Below are positions 14,322 to 24,481 of a DNA stretch of 64,000 bases, piece by piece. Below the pieces are notes generated by a model. That model saw nothing but the letters and a program-made list of their open reading frames with translations, was not told the origin of the DNA and ran no database searches. Where the stretch lies: assembly GCA_964390725.1 (NCBI GenBank), contig CAYMIW010000005.1:29709-93708 (forward strand), given 5' to 3'. Source of the stretch: an uncultured Syntrophomonadaceae bacterium. GTDB taxonomy: Bacteria > Bacillota > Dethiobacteria > DTU022. The stretch's first letter is position 1. Each line of letters begins with the position of its first letter. The position numbers and the translations under genes are program-made.

Positions 14322-14489
14322 TTACAGAAACAGTTTCCCGGGCCGGTGCATTTAAACAATGCCCTTTTTGCTGGAATTGATCTGGGCCGCCTGTTCGAAA
14401 ATGGCCCTTTTTTTCTTCAAGGGGAGGAGCCGTTAATAGTTTTTGAAATGCAATCCTGAAGTGCCGGGTTTATACTAACAAATAATAAG

Positions 14490-14520
14490 GCCTGCAGCCA
14501 GGTTAACTGCAGGCATTTTT
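14490..14520. terminator. Rho-independent terminator between convergent phoU and hydrolase genes
   Basis: GCCTGCAG / CTGCAGGC stem followed by a T-run. Confidence 0.7.
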
Positions 14521-14542
14521 AAATTCTGGTGAGGGATAGTAG

Positions 14543-15388
14543 CTAAACTTCTTCTTTACGGGCGTGACCATCGAGCCATTTTCTTAAATAGTTAAATACT
14601 TCATCTTGTTCCGGCTCATTGTGTAGTTCATGGTTGAAGCCATCCCACACTTTGAAAGCGCATTCGCAGGATACAGTTTTAGCAATCTTTTCAGTTCCGC
14701 TGAGATAAGTGATCCTGTCATCGCTGCCGTGCATCAACAGCAGGGGGATCGCTATCGATGAAGCATTTTCATAAACATATTCTGCAGCTGCAAACATATC
14801 CTTGCCCATACCCAGGGAGATCTGGTTGTGAACCAGGGGATCATTCAGGTAAGCTTTGATTACGGCAGGGTTGCAGGATAACCCATCAAGTTCAAGCCCG
14901 TTGGCGATACATGTTCCAGGAGCAAGAGAACCGAGAATTTTTGCTGCCGCTACCTTGGCCTTCTGGCTGCTGGCCATTGTTTGCAGCCCCGGGCTGGTTA
15001 CAATGGCACCGTTTAACTCTGGCTGCCTCTGAATCAGAAAAAATAATACCAGCAGTCCTCCCAGGCTGTGTCCGTAAATAAATAGCGGCTTTTCAGAATC
15101 AAGCGCTCTTCCTTTTTCAACCAGGATATTAATATCATCTGCATGGTGGTCGAACGATGGTGAGTGGCCGCGCTTTCCATCAGATTTACCATGGCCACGC
15201 AGGTCATATGCCAGCATCGTATAACCTGCTGCAGTCAGTTTTTCAGCCCAGTGCCTGTAGCGACTACTGTGTTCGCCGAGTCCGTGCACCAGGCAGATTG
15301 TACCCCTTGTAGTGGATTCCGGTTCCCATTTTTGGGCATAAAGTTTTAATGCGTCATTGGTTGTCCACTGCATTTCTACATGTTTCAT
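14543..15388 (-). CDS. Alpha/beta hydrolase (lysophospholipase/monoacylglycerol lipase family)
   Basis: HGLGEH, DLRGHGKS, GHSLGG nucleophile elbow and HELHNE. Confidence 0.92.
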   Translation of the reverse strand: MKHVEMQWTTNDALKLYAQKWEPESTTRGTICLVHGLGEHSSRYRHWAEKLTAAGYTMLAYDLRGHGKSDGKRGHSPSFDHHADDINILVEKGRALDSEKPLFIYGHSLGGLLVLFFLIQRQPELNGAIVTSPGLQTMASSQKAKVAAAKILGSLAPGTCIANGLELDGLSCNPAVIKAYLNDPLVHNQISLGMGKDMFAAAEYVYENASSIAIPLLLMHGSDDRITYLSGTEKIAKTVSCECAFKVWDGFNHELHNEPEQDEVFNYLRKWLDGHARKEEV

Positions 15389-15435
15389 CTTTTTTACACC
15401 TCCTGAAAAATAATATTCTTGGGCATAATAATGCT

Positions 15436-17301
15436 TTAACGCTGTGGTTTTTTTTGGGTTGCCTCAGTTTTATTTTTCCTCCTTGTTCTGCGAGCGGTTT
15501 TCTTCCTTGAGGGAGGGGGGATCAGGCAGCGTCGGCCATAGCCGATTAAGTCTGTCCTCCCTGTCTGGCGCAGGGCATCGAGTACCAGCTGGTAGTTGCT
15601 ACTGTAGCGGAATTGAATCAGGGCGCGCTGCATTGCTTTTTCATGGGCAGTTTTGGCAACGTACACAGGCTGCATTGTCCGGGGATCGAGGTTAGTATAA
15701 AACATACAAGTGGATAGTGTCCCCGGGGTTGGATAAAAGTCCTGAACCTGTTCCGGGTTATGCTCATGCCTGCGGATAAAAACAGCCAGGTCAACTGCTG
15801 CATCAAGATCTGAACCGGGGTGGCTCGACATAAAATAAGGTACTAAAAATTGTTCTTTGCCCAGGGTTTTATTATAATCATTAAACTTCTTTTTAAAATC
15901 GAGATATACTTTTATAGCCGATTTGCCCATTTTGCCGAGAACAACCGGTGAAGCATGTTCCGGGGCTACTTTAAGCTGGCCGCTGATATGGTGTTCACAT
16001 AACTCTTTGAAAAAGGTTTGATCATTGTCATAAAGCAGGTAATCGTGACGAATCCCCGACCTGATGAATACTTTTTTTACTCCTTCAAGATTCCGCAGTT
16101 CTCTTAATAGATCCAGGTAACTGGAGTGGTTAATGTTCAGGTTTTTGCAGGGTTCCGGATACAGGCATTCCCGTTCTGTGCAGGAACCGTATTTGCCTTG
16201 CCGGCTACAGGCCGGCTGTCTGAAGTTGGCTGTTGGTCCACCCACATCATGAATAAATCCTTTAAAGTCAGCGTCTTGAATTAGCAACCGGGTCTCTTCA
16301 ATAATTGCTTCTTTACTCCGGGCCTGAACATGCTTGCCCTGGTGAAAGTGTAATGAGCAGAAGCTGCATCCGCCAAAACATCCCCTGCTGCTGACCAGGC
16401 TGAATTTAATTTCGCTTATTGCCGGAACACCACCTGCTTTTTTATATACAGGATGATAATTCTTTGAAAAAGGAAGACGGTAGATCATGTCTATTTCTTC
16501 AGTTGTAAGTGGCAGGGCAGGCGGGTTTTGGATGACATAACCCTGTGGATAAGGTTCGGCCAGTGGCTTGCCCCGAACTGGGTCACTATTGTTGTATTGC
16601 AGCATAAAGCTTTTTGCATAGCTCTGTCGGTCAGTTTTTACCTCTTCGAAAGACGGCAGTAATATGGTGTCTTCAGGTTGGTTAATCAATGTTGAAAAGT
16701 ATACTGTACCCCTGATATATGTAAGATCCCTGATTGCTAAACCACTCTGCAGAGCTTCCGCAATTTCCAGGATTGTTTTTTCAGCCATACCATAAACCAG
16801 CAGGTCGGCTCCGGCATCGAGCAGCAGGGAAGGCTGAACACGGTTATTCCAGTAATCGAAATGAGCCATTCGCCGCAAACTGGCCTCGATTCCGCCAATA
16901 ATAATTGGTGTGTCAGGCCAGTTTTCATGTATTTTTCGACAGTAAACGGTTACCGCCCGATCAGGCCGAAGACCGGGTTTTCCTCCGGGACTATAGGCAT
17001 CAGTTTTACGTCTCTTTTTTGCCACGGTATAATGGGCGACCATTGAATCGAGGTTTCCTGCGGTAATCAGAAAGGCAATTTTCGGCCGTCCCAGTTTTTT
17101 AAACTCGGCGCTGTTTTTCCAGTCGGGTTGAGCAATAATTGCCACCTTGAAGCCGTAAGCTTCAAGCTGACGGCTGATTATGGCAGAGCCGAAAGAAGGA
17201 TGATCCACGTAAGCATCGCCAGTGACAATAATAAAATCAGGTGCTTCCCACCCGAGCTGTTTTATTTCTTCGCTGCTAACCGGCATAAAATCAAGAGCCA
17301 T
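15436..17301 (-). CDS. YgiQ family radical SAM protein (likely start at 17301)
   Basis: GDAYVDHPSFG, GGIEASLRR, RGCFGGCSFC and EQVQDFYPTP motifs; AGGAG RBS before MALDF. Confidence 0.93.
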   Translation of the reverse strand: MALDFMPVSSEEIKQLGWEAPDFIIVTGDAYVDHPSFGSAIISRQLEAYGFKVAIIAQPDWKNSAEFKKLGRPKIAFLITAGNLDSMVAHYTVAKKRRKTDAYSPGGKPGLRPDRAVTVYCRKIHENWPDTPIIIGGIEASLRRMAHFDYWNNRVQPSLLLDAGADLLVYGMAEKTILEIAEALQSGLAIRDLTYIRGTVYFSTLINQPEDTILLPSFEEVKTDRQSYAKSFMLQYNNSDPVRGKPLAEPYPQGYVIQNPPALPLTTEEIDMIYRLPFSKNYHPVYKKAGGVPAISEIKFSLVSSRGCFGGCSFCSLHFHQGKHVQARSKEAIIEETRLLIQDADFKGFIHDVGGPTANFRQPACSRQGKYGSCTERECLYPEPCKNLNINHSSYLDLLRELRNLEGVKKVFIRSGIRHDYLLYDNDQTFFKELCEHHISGQLKVAPEHASPVVLGKMGKSAIKVYLDFKKKFNDYNKTLGKEQFLVPYFMSSHPGSDLDAAVDLAVFIRRHEHNPEQVQDFYPTPGTLSTCMFYTNLDPRTMQPVYVAKTAHEKAMQRALIQFRYSSNYQLVLDALRQTGRTDLIGYGRRCLIPPPSRKKTARRTRRKNKTEATQKKPQR

Positions 17302-17458
17302 GTGTTCTCCTTTGACAGGCTGAATAAAAATAAATATCATTGTTATAACACGCATATTTATTTATCTTTATATTACACCATTGAGAAAAAAATACCCATA
17401 CTGGTTCAATACTGGTTTGTAACAGAATATCTGCCGGGAAAGGAAGAGGGTTATAAAA

Positions 17459-18343
17459 ATGATGCCGTTTAAGTATGAAGGAGATCTTTACAGGCCGCCA
17501 AGTGAAGCAAAAAGTCTGATACTGCAGGCAACAATTGGTTGTTCTCACAACCGCTGTACATTTTGTTCCATGTACAAGCGGAAGCAGTTTCGCCTGAAAG
17601 CGGTCGAAGAAATAAAAGGTGAGATTAAAGCTGCTGCGGCTTACTATCCCCGGACCAAGAGGGTGTTTCTAGCTGACGGCAATGCCCTTGTTATTCCCAC
17701 CGAGGCTTTGCTTGAAATTCTTGAAACCCTTGATAGCGCGTTTCCTGCCCTCGAAAGGGTATCACTTTACGGGAACACCCAGGATCTTATCGAAAAAAAT
17801 GTTGGTGATTTGATTGAACTTAAAAATAATAAACTTGGCATAATCTATCTCGGCCTGGAAAGCGGAAGCAGCAGTGTTTTGAAAGAGATCCAGAAAGGGG
17901 TTACGCCCGATCAGATGATTGAGGGGTCGAATAAAGCCAAAGCAGCTGGCATCCCCCTTTCTGTAACTATTTTAAATGGCATTGCCGGGGTGGAAGGTTC
18001 TGAAGAACATGCTGAAGCAACAGCAGGGATGTTAAATCGAATTGATCCTGAATATCTGGGTTTGTTGAGCCTGATTACAGTTCCCGGGACACCTATTCAT
18101 CGTTCTTTCGAGGATGGTTTGCTGACGGAACTAAACCCCTGGCAGCTTCTGGAAGAGATCAGGATAATGATTCTCAATCTATCTCTTTCTGATTGTATTT
18201 TCCGGGCTAATCATGCCTCGAATTATCTTCCGCTCAAGGCTGTTTTATCAAGGGACAAGCAAGCGGTGCTTTCTGCCCTGGATACAGTTCTGGAGGGTAA
18301 AGCGCCTCATTCAATAAAGAGTGAATTCATGCGCGGTATATAG
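17459..18343 (+). CDS. Uncharacterised radical SAM protein
   Basis: YRPPSEA, GCSHNRCTFC (CX4CX2C spacing), FLADGNAL and FRANHASNY. Confidence 0.88.
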   Translation: MMPFKYEGDLYRPPSEAKSLILQATIGCSHNRCTFCSMYKRKQFRLKAVEEIKGEIKAAAAYYPRTKRVFLADGNALVIPTEALLEILETLDSAFPALERVSLYGNTQDLIEKNVGDLIELKNNKLGIIYLGLESGSSSVLKEIQKGVTPDQMIEGSNKAKAAGIPLSVTILNGIAGVEGSEEHAEATAGMLNRIDPEYLGLLSLITVPGTPIHRSFEDGLLTELNPWQLLEEIRIMILNLSLSDCIFRANHASNYLPLKAVLSRDKQAVLSALDTVLEGKAPHSIKSEFMRGI

Positions 18344-18352
18344 GAGTTATCT

Positions 18353-21187
18353 TTAATTACCAATCTCTTTATATTTGCACTCTGTTTTAAGGATTAAAGT
18401 GGGTCTTTTGTCAATTAAATCAAGAAAATGTTTAACAATTTCCGGGTCAAAATGGGTTCCACTCTCTTCTCTTATATACTGCAGGGCCTGTTCCTTTTCC
18501 CAGGCCGTCCTGTAAGGTCTGTCGCTGGTCAGCGCATCGAAAACATCAACAACAGCAAATATTCTTGCAGCAAGAGGAATTTCCTTCCCTTTTAAATTGC
18601 GCGGGTACCCGCTGCCGTCCCATTTTTCATGGTGGCAGTAAGGTATGTCCAGGGCGGGTTGAAGGTATTGAATCGGGGAGAGCAATTCGTAGGCGAGCTG
18701 GGGGTGCTGTTGCATAATTTCCCATTCTTCGGGGGTTAATTTCCCTGGCTTCAGTAATATTGAATCAGGAATACCAACTTTACCGATATCGTGCAGCAGG
18801 CAGCCGCGGCGGATATGCACAAGGTTGTTATCAGCAACACCCAGGAAACGGGCTAACTCAATAGTTATATCGGTTACCCGGTTGCAATGGCCTTCTGTTT
18901 CATGATCTCGCAGGTCCAGAGCCCGGGACCAACCTTCAATCGTTTCGTCATAAGCCATAGACAGTTCAAGGTTGGCTTTTTGCAGTTCCTCAAAAAGCTG
19001 GCCACTTTCAATGGCGATTGCCGCCTGACCGGACATTGTTTCCAGGTAATTGAACCAGTCCTTGTCAGGGGCGATAAGATCGTATAAAAATAGCAATATA
19101 ACCCCTTTTAATTCACTCTTGGCAATTAAAGGTAATGCGATATATGCTTGGAAGCCATTTTCCCTTAAAATAATACTGAGTTGGTCGTTTGATCTGTTCT
19201 TTTCATCGGAAGATATTATCATTTTTCTTTCCAAGGCGGCTTTGCCAACAGCGGATTCCCCGAGAGCAATAGTATTTTCAAAAAGATTATCTTCTGCGAA
19301 GCCTTTTCCGATATAATAATGTAAGTTTTTCAGGTGCTTGTTGAAAAGAAACACTGCAGTAGCATCAATGTTAAGCTGTTTATTCAGATGTTCCAGCAAT
19401 ATGTTAAGGATATACCGCATGTCTTTATTGGATGAGATAGCAATATCAACAGTTCTGAGGCTTTGAAGCTGGTTCAATCTTTTACCAGTTTCTTCATGTA
19501 AAGAAATGCGGTGAACCGCGGTACCGACCATTTCACTAAGTGAAACAAGCAGGCTTAAATCCTCGCTGCTTAGATTAAGAGGTTGAGTCCGGTAAACAGC
19601 CAGAACGCCAATAGTTAAGTTTCCTGCTTTTATTGGCAGGTAAGCCCCTCCCCAACCTTTAGGGGTTATGTTGAGAATGTTTTTTTTACTCAGGCGGTCC
19701 GAGACAATCTCGTCTGAAACATATGTTTCTCCTGAAGTAAAAACATAGCCGGCTATTCCTTCTCCCGGTTCCCAGGCGGAATCGCGAATATCTTCAAGCC
19801 AGCCTCTCGCTTCTGAAAATACGAGCATGTCGGATTCCTGGTTATAGAGCCAGATCGCCCCGGAATCCGTGTTGAATATAGTAAGAATATGGTCAAGGAA
19901 AGTGGGGAGCATTTTACCCAGTGTTTCTGTCGTTCTTAATGCTGAAGAGACTTCCTGGAGAGTCTCCAGTTCCCTGTTGCGTCTTTTTCTCGATTCTTCA
20001 ACCAGCTTCCTGTCTGTAATATCACGGGCAATGCCTTCGAAAGCGACTAGCCTGTTATGGCTGTCGTAAATTGGAACATTACGCTGTTCAATCCAGATTA
20101 TCTCGCCATCTTTTTTAATGAAGCGAATAGTAAGTTCTTCTTTAAAACTATCTTTCCCTTCTGTTAAAGATTTCATCAGGGAGCGATCGTCAGGATGAAC
20201 CAGGTCATAGAATAGTCCGGGGTTGGCATAGAATTCTTCGGGGTCGTAACCGGTTATTCCTGTTGCTGCGGGACTGACGTATCTGAAACCAATCTCCGGT
20301 TGAAGATATACTGAATAAATAATGTCCTGCGCGTTCTCTGCCAGGCGCCTGTATCTCTCTTCGCTTTCTTTCAGAGCTACTTTTTCACGGGCCAGGCTGT
20401 ATCGATTATAGGCATTTTCCAGTGCCGTTGGAAGTTGAAAAAGGTAACCCGGTTGCTTGACCAGGTAATCTGCGGCACCCAGGCGGATTGCCTGGACTGC
20501 GGTCTCTTCATTTCCATGGCCGGTAACAAGAACGATCGGTATATCTATTCTACTGTCAACAAGCGTTTTCTGCAGCTCCAGGGCGCTAAGCCCGGGCAGA
20601 CGATAATCAACAAGGAATACATCATAGCTGCCGGCCGGAAGCTCACCCCTGCTGATTTTTCCCAGGACAATATCTGCGGAATGGATTACTTCAAGTTTGA
20701 TATGCGGAGCATGAAGAGCCAGGTGACGCTTTGTCAGGTCGATGTCGCTTTCGTTATGTTCAATATATAATACTTTCATCTGTGACCTGAAACGGTCTTC
20801 CTGGGCTTTGAATCTATGCAGGGCATTTAGCATGACCCCGGTAAAACGTTCCAGGTAACCGTCATTTTTAATCAGATAATCATCAGCCCCGGCTTTAAGG
20901 GCTTTGATCGCCGATTCTTCATCACCCTGGCCGGTTAAAATAATCACGGCCATCGGTAGTTTCATCTGTCGTATTTCTGTGAGTAATTCCAGCCCGCTGC
21001 CGTCTGGTAAATGCAAATCAATTATCCCCAGGTCAAACCGATCAGCATTACTGAGCAGTGTTCTTGCTTCTGCCAGGGTAGAGGTGACAACAGCATTAGC
21101 AGATACAGGGCTTTTTTTCAGGGCTAAGGTAAACAGTTCAGCATCAGCAGCATTATCCTCAACATATAAAATATTCATGACCTGCAC
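18353..21187 (-). CDS. REC-REC-PAS-GAF-GAF-HD-GYP cyclic dinucleotide phosphodiesterase response regulator
   Basis: Two receiver domains (IIDLHLPD, LVDYRLPG), PAS (VSPAAT.ITGY...HPDD), two GAF-like segments, HDIGK and HHEKWDGSGYP. Confidence 0.9.
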   Translation of the reverse strand: MQVMNILYVEDNAADAELFTLALKKSPVSANAVVTSTLAEARTLLSNADRFDLGIIDLHLPDGSGLELLTEIRQMKLPMAVIILTGQGDEESAIKALKAGADDYLIKNDGYLERFTGVMLNALHRFKAQEDRFRSQMKVLYIEHNESDIDLTKRHLALHAPHIKLEVIHSADIVLGKISRGELPAGSYDVFLVDYRLPGLSALELQKTLVDSRIDIPIVLVTGHGNEETAVQAIRLGAADYLVKQPGYLFQLPTALENAYNRYSLAREKVALKESEERYRRLAENAQDIIYSVYLQPEIGFRYVSPAATGITGYDPEEFYANPGLFYDLVHPDDRSLMKSLTEGKDSFKEELTIRFIKKDGEIIWIEQRNVPIYDSHNRLVAFEGIARDITDRKLVEESRKRRNRELETLQEVSSALRTTETLGKMLPTFLDHILTIFNTDSGAIWLYNQESDMLVFSEARGWLEDIRDSAWEPGEGIAGYVFTSGETYVSDEIVSDRLSKKNILNITPKGWGGAYLPIKAGNLTIGVLAVYRTQPLNLSSEDLSLLVSLSEMVGTAVHRISLHEETGKRLNQLQSLRTVDIAISSNKDMRYILNILLEHLNKQLNIDATAVFLFNKHLKNLHYYIGKGFAEDNLFENTIALGESAVGKAALERKMIISSDEKNRSNDQLSIILRENGFQAYIALPLIAKSELKGVILLFLYDLIAPDKDWFNYLETMSGQAAIAIESGQLFEELQKANLELSMAYDETIEGWSRALDLRDHETEGHCNRVTDITIELARFLGVADNNLVHIRRGCLLHDIGKVGIPDSILLKPGKLTPEEWEIMQQHPQLAYELLSPIQYLQPALDIPYCHHEKWDGSGYPRNLKGKEIPLAARIFAVVDVFDALTSDRPYRTAWEKEQALQYIREESGTHFDPEIVKHFLDLIDKRPTLILKTECKYKEIGN

Positions 21188-21198
21188 TCCTTTACAGA

Positions 21199-21639
21199 CT
21201 AGCTGGTTGGGTTGGCTGGTTCATTCAGGACACGCCAGTACAGCTCGATCTGTCCTGCAACTTCAACAAATTTTTCAAAATCGACTGGTTTTACAATATA
21301 GGAATTTGCTCCATACAGGTAAGCCTGCTTTATGTCACTGTTTTCATGTGAGGTGGTCAGAACAACAATCGGTATAGTGCGATAACGAGGGTGGCCTTTA
21401 ATTATCCTGAGCACTTCGAGACCATCAATTTTGGGAAGCTTGAGATCGAGCAGAATGATAACCGGTATGTTTTCACCCCGGTCCCATTGGCTGATCCAGT
21501 CTAAAGCTTCTTCACCATCTGTGGCAATAATCAGGGGATTTGAAAGCCTGTTACGGTTAAAGGCCCGCCTGGTAAGATCAATGTCAACCGGGTTATCTTC
21601 AACAAGCATAATCGGACTAGTGTACTGACTGGTTTTCAT
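21199..21639 (-). CDS. Single-domain response regulator (Rcp1-like)
   Basis: LVEDNP.D, LLDLKLPKIDGLEVL, VVLTTS and GANSYIVKPVDF. Confidence 0.92.
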   Translation of the reverse strand: MKTSQYTSPIMLVEDNPVDIDLTRRAFNRNRLSNPLIIATDGEEALDWISQWDRGENIPVIILLDLKLPKIDGLEVLRIIKGHPRYRTIPIVVLTTSHENSDIKQAYLYGANSYIVKPVDFEKFVEVAGQIELYWRVLNEPANPTS

Positions 21640-23167
21640 CAGGAGTTACCTCACTTCGCTGCGGAATTTCCAGGTAAAAAACAGTTCCCTCTCCGGGGGT
21701 GCTTTCGGCCCGAATCGAACCTTTCATCCTGGTAACTGCTTTTTTGACCATGGTCAGGCCAATTCCCGTCCCGGGGTAGTCTTCCTGGCGGTGCAGACGG
21801 TCAAAGATGCCGAATATACGGTCATAGTATTTCATTTCAAAGCCGATACCGTTATCACTGATCCAAAAGAGAAGGCTCTCACCACTTATCCTGGCCCCGA
21901 TTGAAACCCGGGGCTGATCTGATTTTGCACTAAACTTACAGGCATTGTCAATCAAGTTTCTTATAATCAGGGCCAGACCATCCCGATCGGAATTGATAAT
22001 AAGGTTAGGCACTTCGATGATAAATTTGCCACCCAGGGCTGCGTATTCATCCCTGTAATCAAAAAGCAGTTCTTCAATAAAATCTCCCAGTCTTATCTCC
22101 TTGCTGGTCCATACTTTTTGGTCAAGCCGTGAATAGGTTAAAAGGTCGTCAATTAGCTGGTTCATGTTTGAGGCCGCTTTCTTAATTGATTGCAGGAAAT
22201 GCTGCCCTTCTTCATTTAGGTTATCCTTGTGGTCTTCCAGCAGCAGCCGGCTGTAACCGTCAATACCGCGAAGTGGTGCCTTTAGATCGTGTGAAACAGA
22301 GTATGTGAAGGTTTTCAGTTCGTTGTTAATGTTTTCCAGTTGATTGGTTCGTTCAGCAATTCTATCTTCAAGAGTCTGATTGATTTCAATAAGTTCCTTT
22401 TCGGCTAATCTCCTGCGTTCAATTTCCATATTTAAAAAATCATAGGTTTTATCCAGCTCTTTAACCATTTTGTTATAGGTGTCTGCTACCAGGCCGATTT
22501 CATCCTTTGAATGAATATCTACCAGCCCTTCTTTCAGGTTGCCGGTGGCGCTGATAGCGGCGGCGTTGTTTATTTTGTTTAACGAGTATACCATTCTACG
22601 GTAAAGATAAAAAAGAATAACCAGGGTTAACAGGAACATAACTATTAAAATACTGAAGGCAAGTAAATCTTTAGTTTTCTGGGCCTGTACCAGGTCCTCC
22701 CTGATATGCTCACTCAGGGAAAGCATTTTGTTAATCATATCCTGCGAGTTAATCATTAGCTGTCCGGCAAGCATCTCCTGCCAGAGCAGCTGCTCTGCTT
22801 CCGGAAGAGCTGATCGAGCGGTAGCTTCGATCAGCTCTTCATAGATGGTTTTCAGATTATCCCTTTGCAGGGTCAGCTGCTCATACATAGTTTTACAATT
22901 TGGGCATGATTCATAGTCAGCAAAGATTTCGTCAAGCTGTTTTAGCTTAGCCATTATTTGGGTTTCCACCCTGGGTTGAGGATTTTGAGTGTACTCAAAG
23001 GTAAGATAGCGCAATTCATTGCTGCTTTCAAATAATTTGGTAATGGCCTGGTCCTTACGGAGCAGCCGGTTCGTATTACTGTAAGTAAAGTAGAGGCTTA
23101 ATGCGTTTACCAGGAAAACGATCACCAACATTACTGCTATTAGTGTAAATGTTTTTTTAAAGTCCAT
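21617..23167 (-). CDS. Membrane sensor histidine kinase (2 TM, HAMP, HisKA, HATPase)
   Basis: FTYSVSHDLKAPLR H-box, NLIDNACKF, DNGIGF and YPGTGIGL; overlaps the downstream regulator. Confidence 0.92.
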   Translation of the reverse strand: MDFKKTFTLIAVMLVIVFLVNALSLYFTYSNTNRLLRKDQAITKLFESSNELRYLTFEYTQNPQPRVETQIMAKLKQLDEIFADYESCPNCKTMYEQLTLQRDNLKTIYEELIEATARSALPEAEQLLWQEMLAGQLMINSQDMINKMLSLSEHIREDLVQAQKTKDLLAFSILIVMFLLTLVILFYLYRRMVYSLNKINNAAAISATGNLKEGLVDIHSKDEIGLVADTYNKMVKELDKTYDFLNMEIERRRLAEKELIEINQTLEDRIAERTNQLENINNELKTFTYSVSHDLKAPLRGIDGYSRLLLEDHKDNLNEEGQHFLQSIKKAASNMNQLIDDLLTYSRLDQKVWTSKEIRLGDFIEELLFDYRDEYAALGGKFIIEVPNLIINSDRDGLALIIRNLIDNACKFSAKSDQPRVSIGARISGESLLFWISDNGIGFEMKYYDRIFGIFDRLHRQEDYPGTGIGLTMVKKAVTRMKGSIRAESTPGEGTVFYLEIPQRSEVTPDENQSVH

Positions 23168-23243
23168 TATTGTGCCTCCCGCACGATTAAAATTGATGTG
23201 ATTTATTCAGCAGTCCTGGTGAAATGTTATGTTGTCAACATTA

Positions 23244-24254
23244 TTAATGGATTACCGTTACCCTGTTTTTATCTAATTCAGAGAGGGTTTCAAAATAAAA
23301 TAAGCTATAAAAGTCTGGCAACTCATCCTGGTTGCGCCAGCCAATCCAAACCATCCACTGTGCTTCAGTCTCATAAGCCATTAGTAGTGATTGATCAAGC
23401 GCTACGCGGAATTCGTAGTGTTCCCATACTTCCTGAACTTCGGTAAGCTCGAGACCAAGGTGATCAGCAGTTGTTTTCATCGATTCTTCCGGAAAAGCAG
23501 AAATATATTCTTCGGCCTTAATAATTGCGGCAAGCATTCTTTCGATCGCAATACTATTACCGGTTATATAACTTTCTGTACTGATAAAGCTGAATATTTT
23601 TCTATATAATCCCGGGTTGCTAAATAAAACAGCATCATCACCAAGGGTTTTTCTGGCTAACGGCAGATATGTGCCAAAAAGGCTTACAGCATCAAGCCTG
23701 CCGCTGGCAAGCATATCTATAAGTTCGTCCGGCTGACTGAAATAAAGATCAATATCATTTATGGTCATACCGTTTTTCAGCATGAAAAGGTATAGATAAT
23801 AATGAGTAGAGTTTTCGGCTATAGCGCCGATCTTTTTATTTATTAAATCGTCCGGTTTACTAATACCGCTGCTGCGGCGGGCAATAACCATTGCATCATT
23901 GTCCGAAATGGATGTAGTGGCAACAATTCTCAGCGTGTCATCAGCAAAAGCAGCAGAGACCAAGGTAACTTCGACAACAATTGCAGTATCAATTGCTCCC
24001 GAGGCTAAATTCTCCATTACGGCAGGGCTGTCGCTGGAAAGCTTAAGGTCCACTGTTAGCCCTTCATCAGCGAAAAAGCCTTTTTCCAGGGCAATAATTA
24101 CAGGCGCTCCGCTGACTGAGCTTGTGCTGCCAAGGGATACAGCAATCGTTTCATCAAAAGTAGCAGTCTCATTACCACACCCCGGGATGAGAAAGAGAAG
24201 GAACATCGATACAATCACCAGGAATCTTTTTACGCCTGAAACCGAAGCAGGCAT
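23244..24254 (-). CDS. SsuA/TauA/NMT1-like solute-binding lipoprotein with no adjacent permease or ATPase
   Basis: Lipobox IPGC; IALEKGFFADEGL.V, I.KP.DL.NKKIG and G.LDA motifs. Confidence 0.85.
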   Translation of the reverse strand: MPASVSGVKRFLVIVSMFLLFLIPGCGNETATFDETIAVSLGSTSSVSGAPVIIALEKGFFADEGLTVDLKLSSDSPAVMENLASGAIDTAIVVEVTLVSAAFADDTLRIVATTSISDNDAMVIARRSSGISKPDDLINKKIGAIAENSTHYYLYLFMLKNGMTINDIDLYFSQPDELIDMLASGRLDAVSLFGTYLPLARKTLGDDAVLFSNPGLYRKIFSFISTESYITGNSIAIERMLAAIIKAEEYISAFPEESMKTTADHLGLELTEVQEVWEHYEFRVALDQSLLMAYETEAQWMVWIGWRNQDELPDFYSLFYFETLSELDKNRVTVIH

Positions 24255-24439
24255 AATCCCGCCACCTTTATAATTTCATTATTGAGACTATTATAAACGA
24301 ATATATGTTACTTGAAAATAGCGAATATAGGTACTGTTTGTAAACAAGTATTCCAGTTTTCAGCATCCGGGGAAATGTTCTCTTTAAAAGTTGGCTTCAG
24401 ATAATCAGTTATACGATTTTTGGATATACATTTTATTGA

Positions 24440-24471
24440 AAATGCAGCCGGTTTGAGGACCGGCTGCATTT
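24440..24471 (-). terminator. Terminator downstream of the DEAD-box helicase gene
   Basis: AAATGCAGCCGGT / ACCGGCTGCATTT perfect stem. Confidence 0.8.
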
Positions 24472-24481
24472 AAGAAGAAGC

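Noticed and set aside
17459-18343. CX4CX2C spacing as a novel radical SAM variant or RiPP maturase
   Set aside because: As I recall, this spacing is normal for the widespread GCSHN.CTFC family, and there is no precursor peptide or SPASM domain nearby.
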